This document shows, in pieces, positions 11,901-24,250 of a stretch of 64,000 nt of DNA. The stretch is from Callorhinchus milii (Eukaryota): the NCBI RefSeq assembly GCF_018977255.1, contig NW_024704742.1, positions 19,966,001 through 20,030,000 of the forward strand, in the 5' to 3' direction. The notes beneath the pieces are model-generated. The model was not told the origin of the DNA. It made no database searches and was given only the letters and a program-made list of their open reading frames with translations. The position numbers and the translations under genes are program-made. How positions within the stretch are numbered: the first letter of the stretch is position 1; each line of letters starts with the position of its first letter.

Positions 11901-12963
11901 ACTTTAACTATGGTAACGATTTTTTTAAAGTTACAAGTTATTGATACGTTAAGAGTTTCAGTGAGTCACAACACACATTTGTGCTGCATCTTTGGCACTT
12001 AATTCCTTTCATGCACATGAAGTGTCCCATCTCAACGTTACCAAAAATACAGTTTCAATGCCGAACCAATTAGCTAAACCTAAATTGGGGTAAAGTAGGT
12101 GAATCCAGCAGTTTAACCAGCTAAGTATGATGAAATAGTTCAGAAGTCCTTGTTAAACCATAGACTTTGAAAACGAACTTAGTAACCACACTATTTGCTT
12201 CAAGTTCAGTCACTAACTATTTTATAAAACAATTGTAGGACCTCTATAGGGCTTGAGTGAACAAAAGCGCTTTTCTGATGTTCCCCCTGACTTCATCTTT
12301 TTGTAAAGTGGTGAGTTGTTTAGTAGCATCAACCTTCTGTTTCATCAGACAAGTGGCCACTCTTCATATTTAAGCCTAGACACCAAGCAATAGGAAGCCC
12401 TTGCCTCCCCACACACACCTGGCTCCCACTGCCATTTCAAGAACAACAACATTGTAATAATTTTTAAAGGATTTATTTTTACTGATCCGGATACGAATAT
12501 TTGCTGTTTGGAAAATCTTGAATTCCTGTCAAAATATGTCAACACTAAACAAGAGGCACACAAGTCTATTATGCACCATGTGTAAATGCAGGTATATTAT
12601 GTGTAAATCAGTTCATGTGCATGAGAGGAATTAAATTGCCCACAATAGTGTAATTAACCAATAAAAAGATTGGTAGTTAATAGCAAAATGGATACATCAT
12701 TTTCATTAATTAATTACGTTGACTGTAATTCCCTCTGTAAATGTGTTTACAAGCCTGTTGAATAATAGCCTCTATTGTCTCTTAAACTTGCCATGTCTTA
12801 CTGATACGTTCTTTGCAATACAATACTATAAGACAAGGTAATAGACACTGTGCCTATATAATTATCTAAACATGGATCAAAAGGTACAAGCTTATAGAGG
12901 TTTCAAGGAAGTAAATGTTGGGTTGTGAATAATAAAACAATTTTGCATTTTTGCCTTCTGCAG

Positions 12964-13121
12964 TGATATTGGGATTGGCCAGTCTCAGGATGATAGCATA
13001 GTAGGGTTAAAGAAGTCCGGACAAATTGCACCTGCATTGCCGGTAAGCGGCACCTTATCCTCCAGCAATCCTGATCTGCTACAGTCCCATCAACGCATTC
13101 TTGATTTTAACACCACTCCAG
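12964..13121 (+). CDS. RAPGEF2: RAPGEF2 exon (linker before RA domain)
   Basis: [67 protein letters not shown]; 158 nt, phase 2-1. Not in the supplied ORF track. Confidence 0.93.
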
Positions 13122-14944
13122 GTGAGTGTCAATATGTTTTCAAGCTGATATTAGAATCAATTTGATTGCTCTGTAAAGGGGTATTTATTCATTCCTGAGT
13201 TTGTTTTAAAGATGGGGATGAGATGGTGTAGACTATTCTCCTTGGGTAGAGGTAAGTGAGGTCTCCTTGGAGCTGAACTGACAGCATAGTAGGGTTAAAG
13301 AAGTCCGGACAAATTGCATCTGCATTGCCTGTAAGTGGCACCTTATCCTCCAGCAACCAGTACCTTATTCCAATACTTTCTGGAATTAGGTAAGCATGGA
13401 GAGGGTGCGCATTCCATTCCAGCAATCTATCTCTAGGATTTCCATGTGCAGGTGGGATGCATGGAAATCTCAACTTGGTTTTAAGCATGGAGATGGGATT
13501 CCGCTTGTGTCAGACACCCAGCTGACCCCCAAAAATGCTGCAGGCTCAGAAAGTTATTGTCTAGTATACAGAAAGTTATTGTTCATCAACTGTTTATTAT
13601 TGGCTAAACACAGATTATTAATGAGCACTTCTTAGATTAAGAAACACCCAAAGGACAATATTATATGCAATAAAAACCATATTATCCTTCATGTATTATA
13701 CATTAACATAAGAAAAATATCATCATACATTATATAAAGTTTGAAAACTCTATAGAAGTTCAGTTTTATTCCATGTTTGTTGCTTGGAGCTTTTTTAAAA
13801 GCAATTTTAGATTTGCGGGTGAGTACATCAGTGATATAGATTTAAAGGTACTATGTTAACCATAACGTAACAGTTAATCATTTCAAGCATACTTTGAGTG
13901 GTAGTGAGTTAGAACCCTGCCTTTAATTTCTGAAATCCACTGAGTCTGATGGGATGACAGATTGTTTGCCTTGTAGGGTTTTATATGAAAAAGTGTTTGA
14001 GGGTGGATCCTTTGGCAGGATCTTTAGAGCACAAATAGCCAAATTGTGTAATGCTACTTATACTGCTTGTATACTATGAGTTAGCCTTCTGACAAAAGCT
14101 TGCCTCTGTAACCAAATTGTAAAGAAAAATAGCTGGATTTCCGAGTGCCAAATTTGGTCGATCCCTTTATGGAGTCTGATTTCTTGTTACTTTTGCGTAG
14201 AGGAGAGCCAACTATGTTTTGAAAAGGGTCTAGAGATCCAGTAATTGTCTGCACATACGTGGTGATAAGTGCGTGTTAGATGACCTTGTTCATGCACAAA
14301 GTTGGAAATTTATTTTGTTTTAAGCAATCTTCAACCCCCTAAATAACAACAGCAGACTTGGGGTGGGGGAGGGGTGGGGGGAATCCAGGAGCAAAGATGC
14401 CTGACACTTGCTATTTCAGTAACAGATTGTGATAATTAACACAAGGTCATCTGACATCATTGAGCTACTTACACAATGTTCCGTTGTGTGCAAAATGTCA
14501 TGTCTCTGAGGAACTGCAGAGGGACAGATCAGGTGTGAACCGACAGTGTTGAACCTGCAGTTCGTGCTGCTGGAGCTGCAATGTAAAAGCAGCATTAGAA
14601 AGGCTAGAGTAGGAATCGAAAAATTCACTTCCCTGAGTTGTTGGTGGTGTATTAGAGTTGGAATGAGCATTATTCTACAATTAATCGTACCTAGGATTGC
14701 TGGATACTGATATTAGTTAAAATGTACAAATATATATCGCTGAGAATCATCATCTTAATAAGACACAAAAAATGCTTTTTAAAGGGGGGATAGCAGCTTT
14801 TTGAATAACTGAAGACATACTAATCTTTAATTTTATGCATCTGAGTCGTTAACATCTTAATTCCACATGTTAAGAAACAGAATTATTGCCAGACTATGGT
14901 GAAGAGTGGCCTTAATTTAAAACTAATATTTTAAATGAAATGTG

Positions 14945-15222
14945 GTGGAATCCAGTACAAGGGGGCATCATCTTAAAATTAGAGCTAGGCCATTTAGGAG
15001 TGAAATCAGGAGTTGTTTTTTCACCCAAAGGGTAGTGGAAATCTGGAATGCTCTTCCCCAAAAGGCTGTGGATAATGGAGCCATTCACATTTTCAAGACT
15101 GAAGTGGATAGAAAGGGATATGGGGCAAGGGTGGGTAATTGGAGTTGAGATACAGATCAGCCATGATCTTATAGAATGGTGGAGCAGGCTCAAGGGGCTA
15201 AATGGTCTATTCCTGTTTCTAT
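14945..15222 (+). mobile_element. CR1-clade LINE 3' end
   Basis: ORF fragment [39 protein letters not shown] (typical CR1 ORF2 C-terminus) plus the 3' UTR ending ATTCCTGTTTCTATG. Confidence 0.85.
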
Positions 15223-16348
15223 GATATTCATCGGAGGGTCTTTGTGCTCACATTACAATAAAATACAATTCTGTAAAGAATCCTTCTTTCTCAATGAAAA
15301 AAATTTCCAATGGTCTTGTGCAGTTGCTGCTCAAGGCACGTTTTGTACAGAACTCCAGCTCAATCCGGCTCAATGAGGGTGCATCATTTTGTAGAGAACA
15401 TGGTGAAAACACTATGGTGTTATTTTCAGCCTATGACTTTATCATGCAAAGTCCAGCTCAGACCACCCATCCTTTGGGGCTTTGACTTGTATGCTGAGGG
15501 CTCCTGGGACTGGTCAGCCCCACCCAGTTCTTCTGACAAGCCAGGCTTATGAGCAGTGACTTACGAGTATTGCAGCCATAGAAGGCTCACTCAATTGTAA
15601 CATTAATTTGCCAAGCATGTGACCTTGAAGTCAGCTCAACTACAGAGACTCCACATACACCCACCCCTTCATGAATTGGGCAGCCTAAATTTCATCTGTA
15701 CAAATAACCTCCGAGTAAGCTCTCTCTCACCCACCGCCCTGGGCTCCCAGTCAGTTGTGTGAAGTGCTTTGAGGCATCCTCCCTTCAAGAAAGGCTCTAT
15801 ATAAATGTAAGTTGTTATTGTAAGTTCCTCCCAAGTAATCTATTTAAGTATTTTACCAATAGTTATTCTGTAGATCCTGCATACTTGCAGCTTTACAGTA
15901 CTGTCTTTATACACATATGATATTCTATACTTATATTTGCAGATCGTTCATGTCAAATTTCAGTGCTTGCAGTGAAACTATAAAATGCAGATAGGATTGG
16001 CATTATATTTGTAGAAAACATGGTATTTTTCAATTTAAATGCTTCTTTTATGTATCCAAATGACATGGACCTATGTAATAAAAGAGAAATAATCAATTTC
16101 AGGTCTTTAAATTTCATTTGCTATGGTGCTTTTGGCTACTTGAAGCAATAAGAACCTTGCAATGACAAAATTTTAATTTATTCTTTAGTTCAGATGTCTC
16201 TTTGCTTTTAAGATTAGGTCATAAATATTCATTGATTTTTAAACATTTCAGTGCAGTTCCTTTTGATTGCTTTTAGGAAACCGTAGCTCTGAACTATGAT
16301 CGTTCAAATTTCTAACTGAACAATTGTTGTGAAAAGTCTTCATGTCAT

Positions 16349-16767
16349 TACTGCATAATCTGGGGAAATAACTTCCTAAATTATTTTATTTATTCTTAAA
16401 GTAATCTGTTAGTATTGTAGTTAGTGGTGAGTCCTTCAATGTCAGTGGTCTCTCCCTCCCCGGTCTCTTTCTCGCTCTCTAAAACCTCTTTGCCTCGCTC
16501 ATTTTAAAATGGTCTTATTCTACTGGTTCTGCGTGTACAAGAGCATCTGGACTCTGCATTAGCACCCCTTTTAATATGGAGCCAATGCAGAGTCCAGATG
16601 AACTTGTACACACAGACCTAGTAGAATAAGATAATTTGAAGGTGAGCGAGGCAACAAGATTTAGGTAGTGAGAAAGAGAAGTGGAGGTTGAACCACTACA
16701 CTTCTGACAGATTATTTTAAGAATAAATAAAATAACTTAGGAACTTATTTCCCCAGATTATGTAGTA
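16349..16767. repeat. ~420-bp imperfect palindrome (fold-back/MITE-like), TA at both ends
   Basis: Left TACTGCATAATCTGGGGAAATAACTTCCTAAATTATTTTATTTATTCTTAAAG matches the reverse complement of the right end; inner arms TGTACAAGAGCATCTGGACTCTGCATT / AATGCAGAGTCCAGATGAACTTGTACA. Confidence 0.88.
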
Positions 16768-19102
16768 GGGAATAGTGAACTGTTTTGTTTATTCCATTCA
16801 TAAAGGACCATTACCTTACTCGTTCAGATCCTCGGATCTTACTCACTGGTGAACTAAACTGGATCTCCATTGTCTTGCATTGTGTAAAAGAGCACTCAAA
16901 CTAGTGGATTGAATTTTGCTAAATTTTTGCAAAAAGCCGAGAATTTCAAAGTACAAGGCACAACAAATATTTACTTTTCTTTCCTATTCCCCCAGGTGCA
17001 AGCGTTTATAGTGAGTATCCTAGCATAAGTGTGCTTTAACGTTATTGTGCTCCGGGCAATGCAATGCTTGCTTTTAGCCCACAGTGGATCTAAAGTTCCA
17101 TATTTAATCCTTCTTATCTCTTTTCGCTGCTTCACATTTTGTTATGATTGTTTCCTTCAGTTCAGCATTTGGTTGCACAAGAGTGGATGTTTCTTTGCTG
17201 TAGGAATTTGGAAGGGAAATGTAAAAAGCTGAAACAGACCAAAAATAGTGGCGTGTTAAAACTTAAATCCAGTGTTATCTGGTTGAGAGAAAACTGGCCG
17301 CCTAAACTGTCCTTATATCATCATTCAGTTGTCAATGCTGCCTTCAAAGAATCTATTGCAATGACAAGTAGCTTGTTGGACACGTGTGCATTGAGAAATT
17401 CCACATGCTGTAAGATATTGCATGTGGTGCTGACCACATTTGTTCCTTTTTCCAGGGAAGTAGGGAGAATGTGGAAATAGAAGTTTTTAAATATTGATTC
17501 TTTTTTTAAATATTCAGTAATCTAACCATTTTGATAGATTAGTTGCAAATTCATATCCTATGAATGGAAGTGTTTATTTTCTTACAGTGATATCTATCTA
17601 TTGTATAATTGGTGCAGTCAGTCATCATCACCTAACTTATATTAAAAATATTCAGAAAATTCAATCTACTTCACTGTATTAGTGTTGTTAATTAACTAAC
17701 CAGATACAGTATACTGTAATTCGTTAAGAACACACGTCTTCCATTGAAAATGGTATGAGATTTTAAGACAACACAAAGGACAATGAAATAGTGGTTTATT
17801 GGGCTCTGTTACTGTTGCGAAAGGGAAATGTAAATCACTTATTTATGTCCACGTGAATTATTTCCCTTTAACACACCATTCTAATCCTTTTGGGAATGCA
17901 GCAGCACAGCTTTGTTTTAGGTATGGCACCAAGGTTCAATCTCAATTCTTCTCCAATATTAAATGTCTGTAGTAAAAGGCTTTGGTGGCCTACATTTATT
18001 TCCCACTGGACATCATTCCACAGCTCTGCTGCTCTGAATTTGGTACAAGCTAGTGCAGTACTCAACTAAGAACCTATGAGATAAAAAGACTGCATGTGGT
18101 GAGGAAAAACTAGAGCTTTAGAATCTTTTAGGAAAGCTGGTAGAAGGGGAGCTGTACTTTGCATGTGATCTTTGTAATGCACAGTTAAAAATGATTGGAG
18201 CTATAATTGGGTGAAAAGTATAGTGCCATGAGAATATTGACCTATAAATAAGATTAATTGTTTTAACTTTGTCAAGTTGTTTAATATCAGTTCTTTGTTA
18301 CCTACATTATACAGGAGCATAAATAACTTGCTCTCCATCATGCTACCTTGTAAAGACCAAAACTCCTCCAAAAATCAGAAGTTACTGAATTTTGACGTGT
18401 TACATAACTCATGCAAGCTTGTTTGTGTCCCACACAATAAGACATCTCAAAATTGAGGGAACATCATCTTGACCTTTTTATCGTTTTACTAACTGTTTCC
18501 TGCCTCAATCTTTCATCTTAATGAGCATTCCTGCAAAATATAAAAAAGTGCTTTGATCGCTTTTAAAAGTATTGCTAAAATAAAAAAAAGAAGGATTTAA
18601 TTTTTCGGTCGAATATCTCAAGATGATGAACAACATTATGTTCACGAACCCATGGTTGATTTTTAAAGTCTTGTTTCAACCTACCCTTAACTGGACAATA
18701 TACTGTATATGTTTTGTCTCAGATTAGAATGTTCTTGCCTACATTTAGGAAAGAAATGGTTTGGTAAGGGAAATGATTCATGGCAAAGGTAACTTTTTGC
18801 TTGCAACCAGTCCAGTCAGTATTATACGAGTAGATACGAAGAAATTGCAATTTGTAATGGATCAGCTATCAGCTGTTTTCAGGTTGAATGAACACGATTA
18901 AATTAACATTCTCTAACCTTACTTAGCACATTCGCACTTGCTATTTTGTGCCTCTAACTGGCGAGCTGACCAGGTCTTTGTCATTGTGTTCTTTGTGTAA
19001 GTTGCTTTACTAATGAGCACATACAAATGTTGAATCTTCACACTGAAGAAATTTGAATTTGTTCCCCACTTATTTTAAAAAGCTGTTTTGCTTTTTGAAC
19101 AG

Positions 19103-19343
19103 ATTTGCCAGATCAGGTTTTACGAGTTTTCAAGGCAGACCAACAAAGTCGCTACATAATGATCAGCAGAGATACCACCGCAAAGGAAGTAGTAATTCAG
19201 GCGCTTCGAGAATTTGCAGTGACTGCTTCTTCGGAATCCTACTCCCTGTGTGAAGTTTCAGTCACTCCTGAAGGTGTCATCAAACAGAAGCGGCTCCCAG
19301 ATCAGCTATCAAAGCTCGCAGACCGAATTCAGCTTAGTGGCAG
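19103..19343 (+). CDS. RAPGEF2: RAPGEF2 exon, Ras-association (RA) domain
   Basis: [37 protein letters not shown]...[24 protein letters not shown]; 241 nt, phase 1-2. Confidence 0.95.
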
Positions 19344-20358
19344 GTATGTTTGGAACTGAAAATTCAGAAGCGTGCTAGTGAAGATAAACTGCCCTTATCC
19401 TCGGGCAGGTTAGGAAAAGTTTGAATGGGAAGCATTCGGTCTGCAGTTTTGTTTGTTGCATTGTTTACATGCCTAATGCATATTGCATATTTGATTGCCA
19501 ACCCAGTCAAATCCTGTGACTGAAGTATATTTTTCAAATTATTTTTTGCCCCATCTTTTAATTTGATGTTTTCTCCCATTATTTGTCGCTCTGGCTCAGC
19601 CTCAAAGGTAAGCACCATTCCCTGGTTGCTGCCCTTTGACAATGATATGCTTGAGTCGACAACTGAAACATGGATCAAAGCAGATTGAGTGAGCTCACTC
19701 TAATAGTTTTCCCTCAGGGACTTCCCTGCATACAATTCTACCACAAACAAGTGGTAACTCTGGAGCTTTTGAGATTTTATGTAGTGATTTCTGCCCCTGA
19801 ATCATACTTTGTGATACCTCAATCACTCCAGAAGGTTTTTATTGAAGATTGCATACTGAATCTAGCTTACTTGTAGAAGAGGAAAAAATACAGAGAGGAC
19901 ATCAAACAATCAAATATATGTGAAACAATATGGTTGATTGTTTTTAGGGGTTGTGAGGCGGAAAGAGAGATTTTGAAACAAGTATTCCAATGTGACTTTA
20001 ACATATAAAACTGAAAAAATATGGTAGACTTGTTTTAATATTTTGGTTGTATGGGAAAAAGAAAATTATTGAGACAAAACCTTCATACAGAATCATTTGA
20101 TAGATTAGTCTGTAACCTGATTCATGCCTTACTTTTGCTTGCATCATATAAATAGTATTGTGTTTGACTTTGGCTCGAAATGACCAAGTATAATTTTTTT
20201 TACAAGCATTGGTTACTAATTATGGTTTGGGCATTAAAGCAACATTTTTAGAGGCAACAAAGAATGCCTATACTATAGAAGATTATTAATTAAAAAGAAA
20301 AACTATTTTAAACATACTTTTTCAATGATATGTTCCTGTTTGTTTTTGCCTTTAAAAG

Positions 20359-20742
20359 ATACTACCTGAAGAATAACATGGAGACAGAGACACTGTGCTC
20401 AGATGAAGATGCTCAGGAATTACTCCGGGAAAGTCAAATCTCCCTACTTCAGCTTAGCACAATTGAAGTTGCTACCCAACTCTCTATGAGAAACTTTGAA
20501 CTGTTTCGTAACATTGAACCCACAGAGTACATAGATGATCTGTTCAAGCTGAAATTAAAAACCGAATGCGTCAGTCTGAAGAAATTTGAGAACATTATCA
20601 ACCAGGAAACATTTTGGGTTGCAACCGAGATTATCAGAGAGCCAAACCAAATGAAAAGAATGAAGATAATTAAACACTTTATCAAGATAGCGCTACACTG
20701 TAGAGAGTGCAAAAACTTTAATTCCATGTTTGCAATTATCAG
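20359..20742 (+). CDS. RAPGEF2: RAPGEF2 exon, end of RA domain and start of CDC25 RasGEF domain
   Basis: [32 protein letters not shown]...[33 protein letters not shown]; 384 nt, phase 2-2. Confidence 0.95.
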
Positions 20743-22908
20743 GTAAAGGGGGGGAAAGCACACAATGGATTAGTCTTATATTTTTTCTTTGTTGCAGATC
20801 TTACATTATTTGTTGCAGAATTTGCTGTGCCATTAACCATATTTTTTCCCTGATGTTACTACTCTAGCTCAAGATGATGGTGTACACATCTCTTTTTTAA
20901 AAAAGCAGAGCAAAATGATACTTGAGAAATTGAATGATAGCATAGTTGATTGATATTTCATTTGGTTACATACACTAATGAAATGATGGACTGAAATCAA
21001 ATGTTATGTAGTTTTCAGTGGGGTTGCAACATGGTTTGGATGGTTTTAGAAATTATGTATTTTAGTTGTAAAGTTGAAATATATCTTCTATATTGAATTA
21101 TCTCTGTTCAAAATAGAGTGTTTTAAAAGACATTGCTGAGCAGAAAAGATTTAAAATGAGGAAAAATATAATGTGGAGAAATCACTCGAAGGCTCTTTTT
21201 TTCAACAATCAGAAGAAATTCAAATTATTCTTTTGAAGGACAACTCGTGATTCATTCTAGCAGTGTAGAAAAGTTACGACGGTCTTTTAGAACAATGTAA
21301 AAATGGTTTGACACTGGCTCTAAATTTTTGCAGCAAAAAATGTATTTAATTAAACTGAAAATCCCTATAGGCTTCAACAGTTTGGTTGTTTTGCAAGAGC
21401 AAATAGCTTATTGAACAGTGCTAAAAAATGACAAACCTTGCATTCAATTTTTCTCTATAAATTTTCCAGCTTTATTTGAATGTTTTCTGATTTTCATTTG
21501 AACAGGTAACTTATTTTAATTTGTAAACAATGCAGGATTGTGTGGAATTTGAAAGTGAGGAGATTAAAGAAGAGGAAAGTGAAGGAACAGAGGGTCTAGA
21601 AAGGAGGCAACTAATACTCTGAAGATGAAAGCAGAAAGAGCACAGAGAAACATTAGGAAGAATGTGAAAATAAAGAACAGAGAGGCGGATCATTTTGCAT
21701 GATTTGCACGTGGAATTGACAAAAGACTGAAATGTTGACTCAATATAATTACAGGATGGTCTGTGGCAGAAATAGTGCTTTTTGAGATGACTGCTTTCTT
21801 AGGAGCTCATGTTGCTAATTGGACCTGCAACCCAGTGCTAGAAGTACTTAGATCAAAATAAGCCAGTCAGAATCGAATTGTGTAGAATTTGTAACTAATG
21901 TACTCATTGTACTAACAAAAGTATGATTACTGAGTATAATTGGAATATCACAGAGCACAAAGGCAGAGTTCTAGCACTTCATATTTATTTGAAACTATCT
22001 GTTGAGCCAAATTTTATTCAGGATTCAATATGCCACTGCATTCCTAATGATTTTAAAGGTAAGCTTGGATACCACTCTCCTAATTAGCATTATGTTCTCC
22101 AAAAGATAACTTGCTGATGAGGAGTAAAGGAGTTTCAGTTCCCCACTTACCAAACTGTTCTAAATCTGGCAGTGTTTATGCCAGGATGATTTTTCCATCA
22201 AAAACAGTGATATTAAGCATCTAATTTGGGGAAATATTTTGCTTTCTTTATTTTAGGGAAAGGGCATTAATATTTCATGAGAGTTTTTCGTGTGATTTTA
22301 TGTTGAGCGGCAAATAGAAGCTGACCAGTATTAAATATACAGAATACTTAATAATAAGACTCAATTATTCCACCCTGTGATGTTATTAAGCAGACTTTAA
22401 AATAAGTATTAATGTGCTGCATTGCTTTGGTTACAATATTAGGAGAATGCCTAGAAATAGTGATGCCACAACTGAAAAATTGTAGGGGTTCAGGATAAAT
22501 TGGTTAGGGCTGCTAAAGTAAGATTTAAACAAAATATATCCGGTAGCTCAATAATTCAAATCCACTGACTTTGGTGCAGGGCAGTTTTTGATTCAAATCC
22601 TGGTTTGTCTAGTCTTCACTCTTTTAGTACTGATCCTTGATGTTTGTGTGCGAATATGTGTGCCTATGTGTATGTAGGTAAACATCTGAACACTTTTCTA
22701 AATGTAATCTTGGCCATTCAAGTTATTCTTAAATCTATAACGTAATTCAGAAAAATGTAATATGTGAAAATAGATTTTCAGTTTAGTGAGATATAAAACA
22801 GTTTTTAATAAGAAACTGTAGTTGAAATGTAGGAATTTACTTACGTTTGCTTGACATAATTGAGTCATACTAATGTTAACCTTTTTTTAATTTCCTCACA
22901 AAATATAG

Positions 22909-23120
22909 TGGTCTAAATCTTGCCCCAGTGTCACGACTACGAGGTACTTGGGAAAAGCTTCCAAGCAAATATGAGAAGTTATTTCAGGATCTTCAGGATC
23001 TCTTTGATCCCTCCAGAAACATGGCTAAATATCGCAATGTTCTCAATAACCAGAATCTACAGCCTCCCATTATTCCTCTTTTCCCTGTCATCAAGAAGGA
23101 CCTTACATTTCTCCACGAAG
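22909..23120 (+). CDS. RAPGEF2: RAPGEF2 exon, RasGEF catalytic domain
   Basis: [49 protein letters not shown]...[25 protein letters not shown]; 212 nt, phase 2-1. Confidence 0.95.
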
Positions 23121-24126
23121 GTAGCTCTCTTAAAAACCTGTAAATCAGTCATTGTGCTTCTGTGTTTGCTGTTCACTTACTTGAATATCCGTACTTAGGT
23201 GAATTTGAATGCTGCTGCTTGTGGTGGCTTTTCTCCCACCATTTAATTGAATTGGTTTGCTAATTTGCTCATGCACCAAAAACAATTGGAAGCCAGATTT
23301 GAGGACCATCTATTTTGACCAGTGTAGTGTTTTATTGTCTCAAAATCGAGCACATACAGAGCATAACAAAAAGGTAATTTGGGCCATTAAGTCCCATCCT
23401 ATCTCTGTGATCTCCTGAAGTCTAACTCTCCACCCATAACCTCCTCTTTGCCTAGTTTAGCCTGCTCAAAGTCCTCTTACCCACCATTACAACCACCTTG
23501 TTCCCATACTCTCCATCAGTCTGCCTCACATCTCTCTAAACTATCAAAACCCTCTTTAAAACCTACCTCCTTGAATGCATTTTGGTTATCTTCCTCCCAC
23601 CTTAAGTGCTTCAAGACTCTACATGGTATGAAGGGCAATGCAAGTTGTTTCTTTCACTCTGCTCGGCCTCGATCTCTTCAAGTGCTTTTGGTGGTCATCC
23701 AGATAAAATCGGTTGTTTATTTCAATGCTGCTTGTGGGACATTGTTATGTGCAAATTGGCTACCAGTCACAACAATATTTCACAGTAAAATCCTGTGAAG
23801 CTCTTTGAAATATTGCAATGGCATGATGAAACACTAATTATTGAGTTAATTATTGACCTGTGCCAGCCCCTTCAAAGTTATATTGTTTAATTATTAACTG
23901 TCAAAAGACAGATGAAACAAGTCACTAATCGTTAGTCTTTCTTTATTTGTTGAAGTAGAATCTTAAAACTAGGTCCTCCTTCTTGTGGAGCTGTGTGGAG
24001 ACATGATAATGGTACTGAGCGCTGCAAATTTCTGTCACAATAATTTTCTACAGTGCAAATCCAAAGACCTATGTAAAATAAAGATCCATTTTGCTTTCAT
24101 CGCTGAAATTGTTTTTCTTCTTTTAG

Positions 24127-24250
24127 GGAATGATTCCAAGGTGGAAGGTTTGATAAATTTTGAAAAGCTCCGAATGATTGCTAAAGAAATCCGTCATGTT
24201 GGCCGCATGGCATCGGTTAATATGGATCCTGCTGTTATGTTCAGGACAAG
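24127..24250 (+). CDS. RAPGEF2: RAPGEF2 exon, end of RasGEF domain
   Basis: [57 protein letters not shown]; 124 nt, phase 1-2. Confidence 0.95.
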
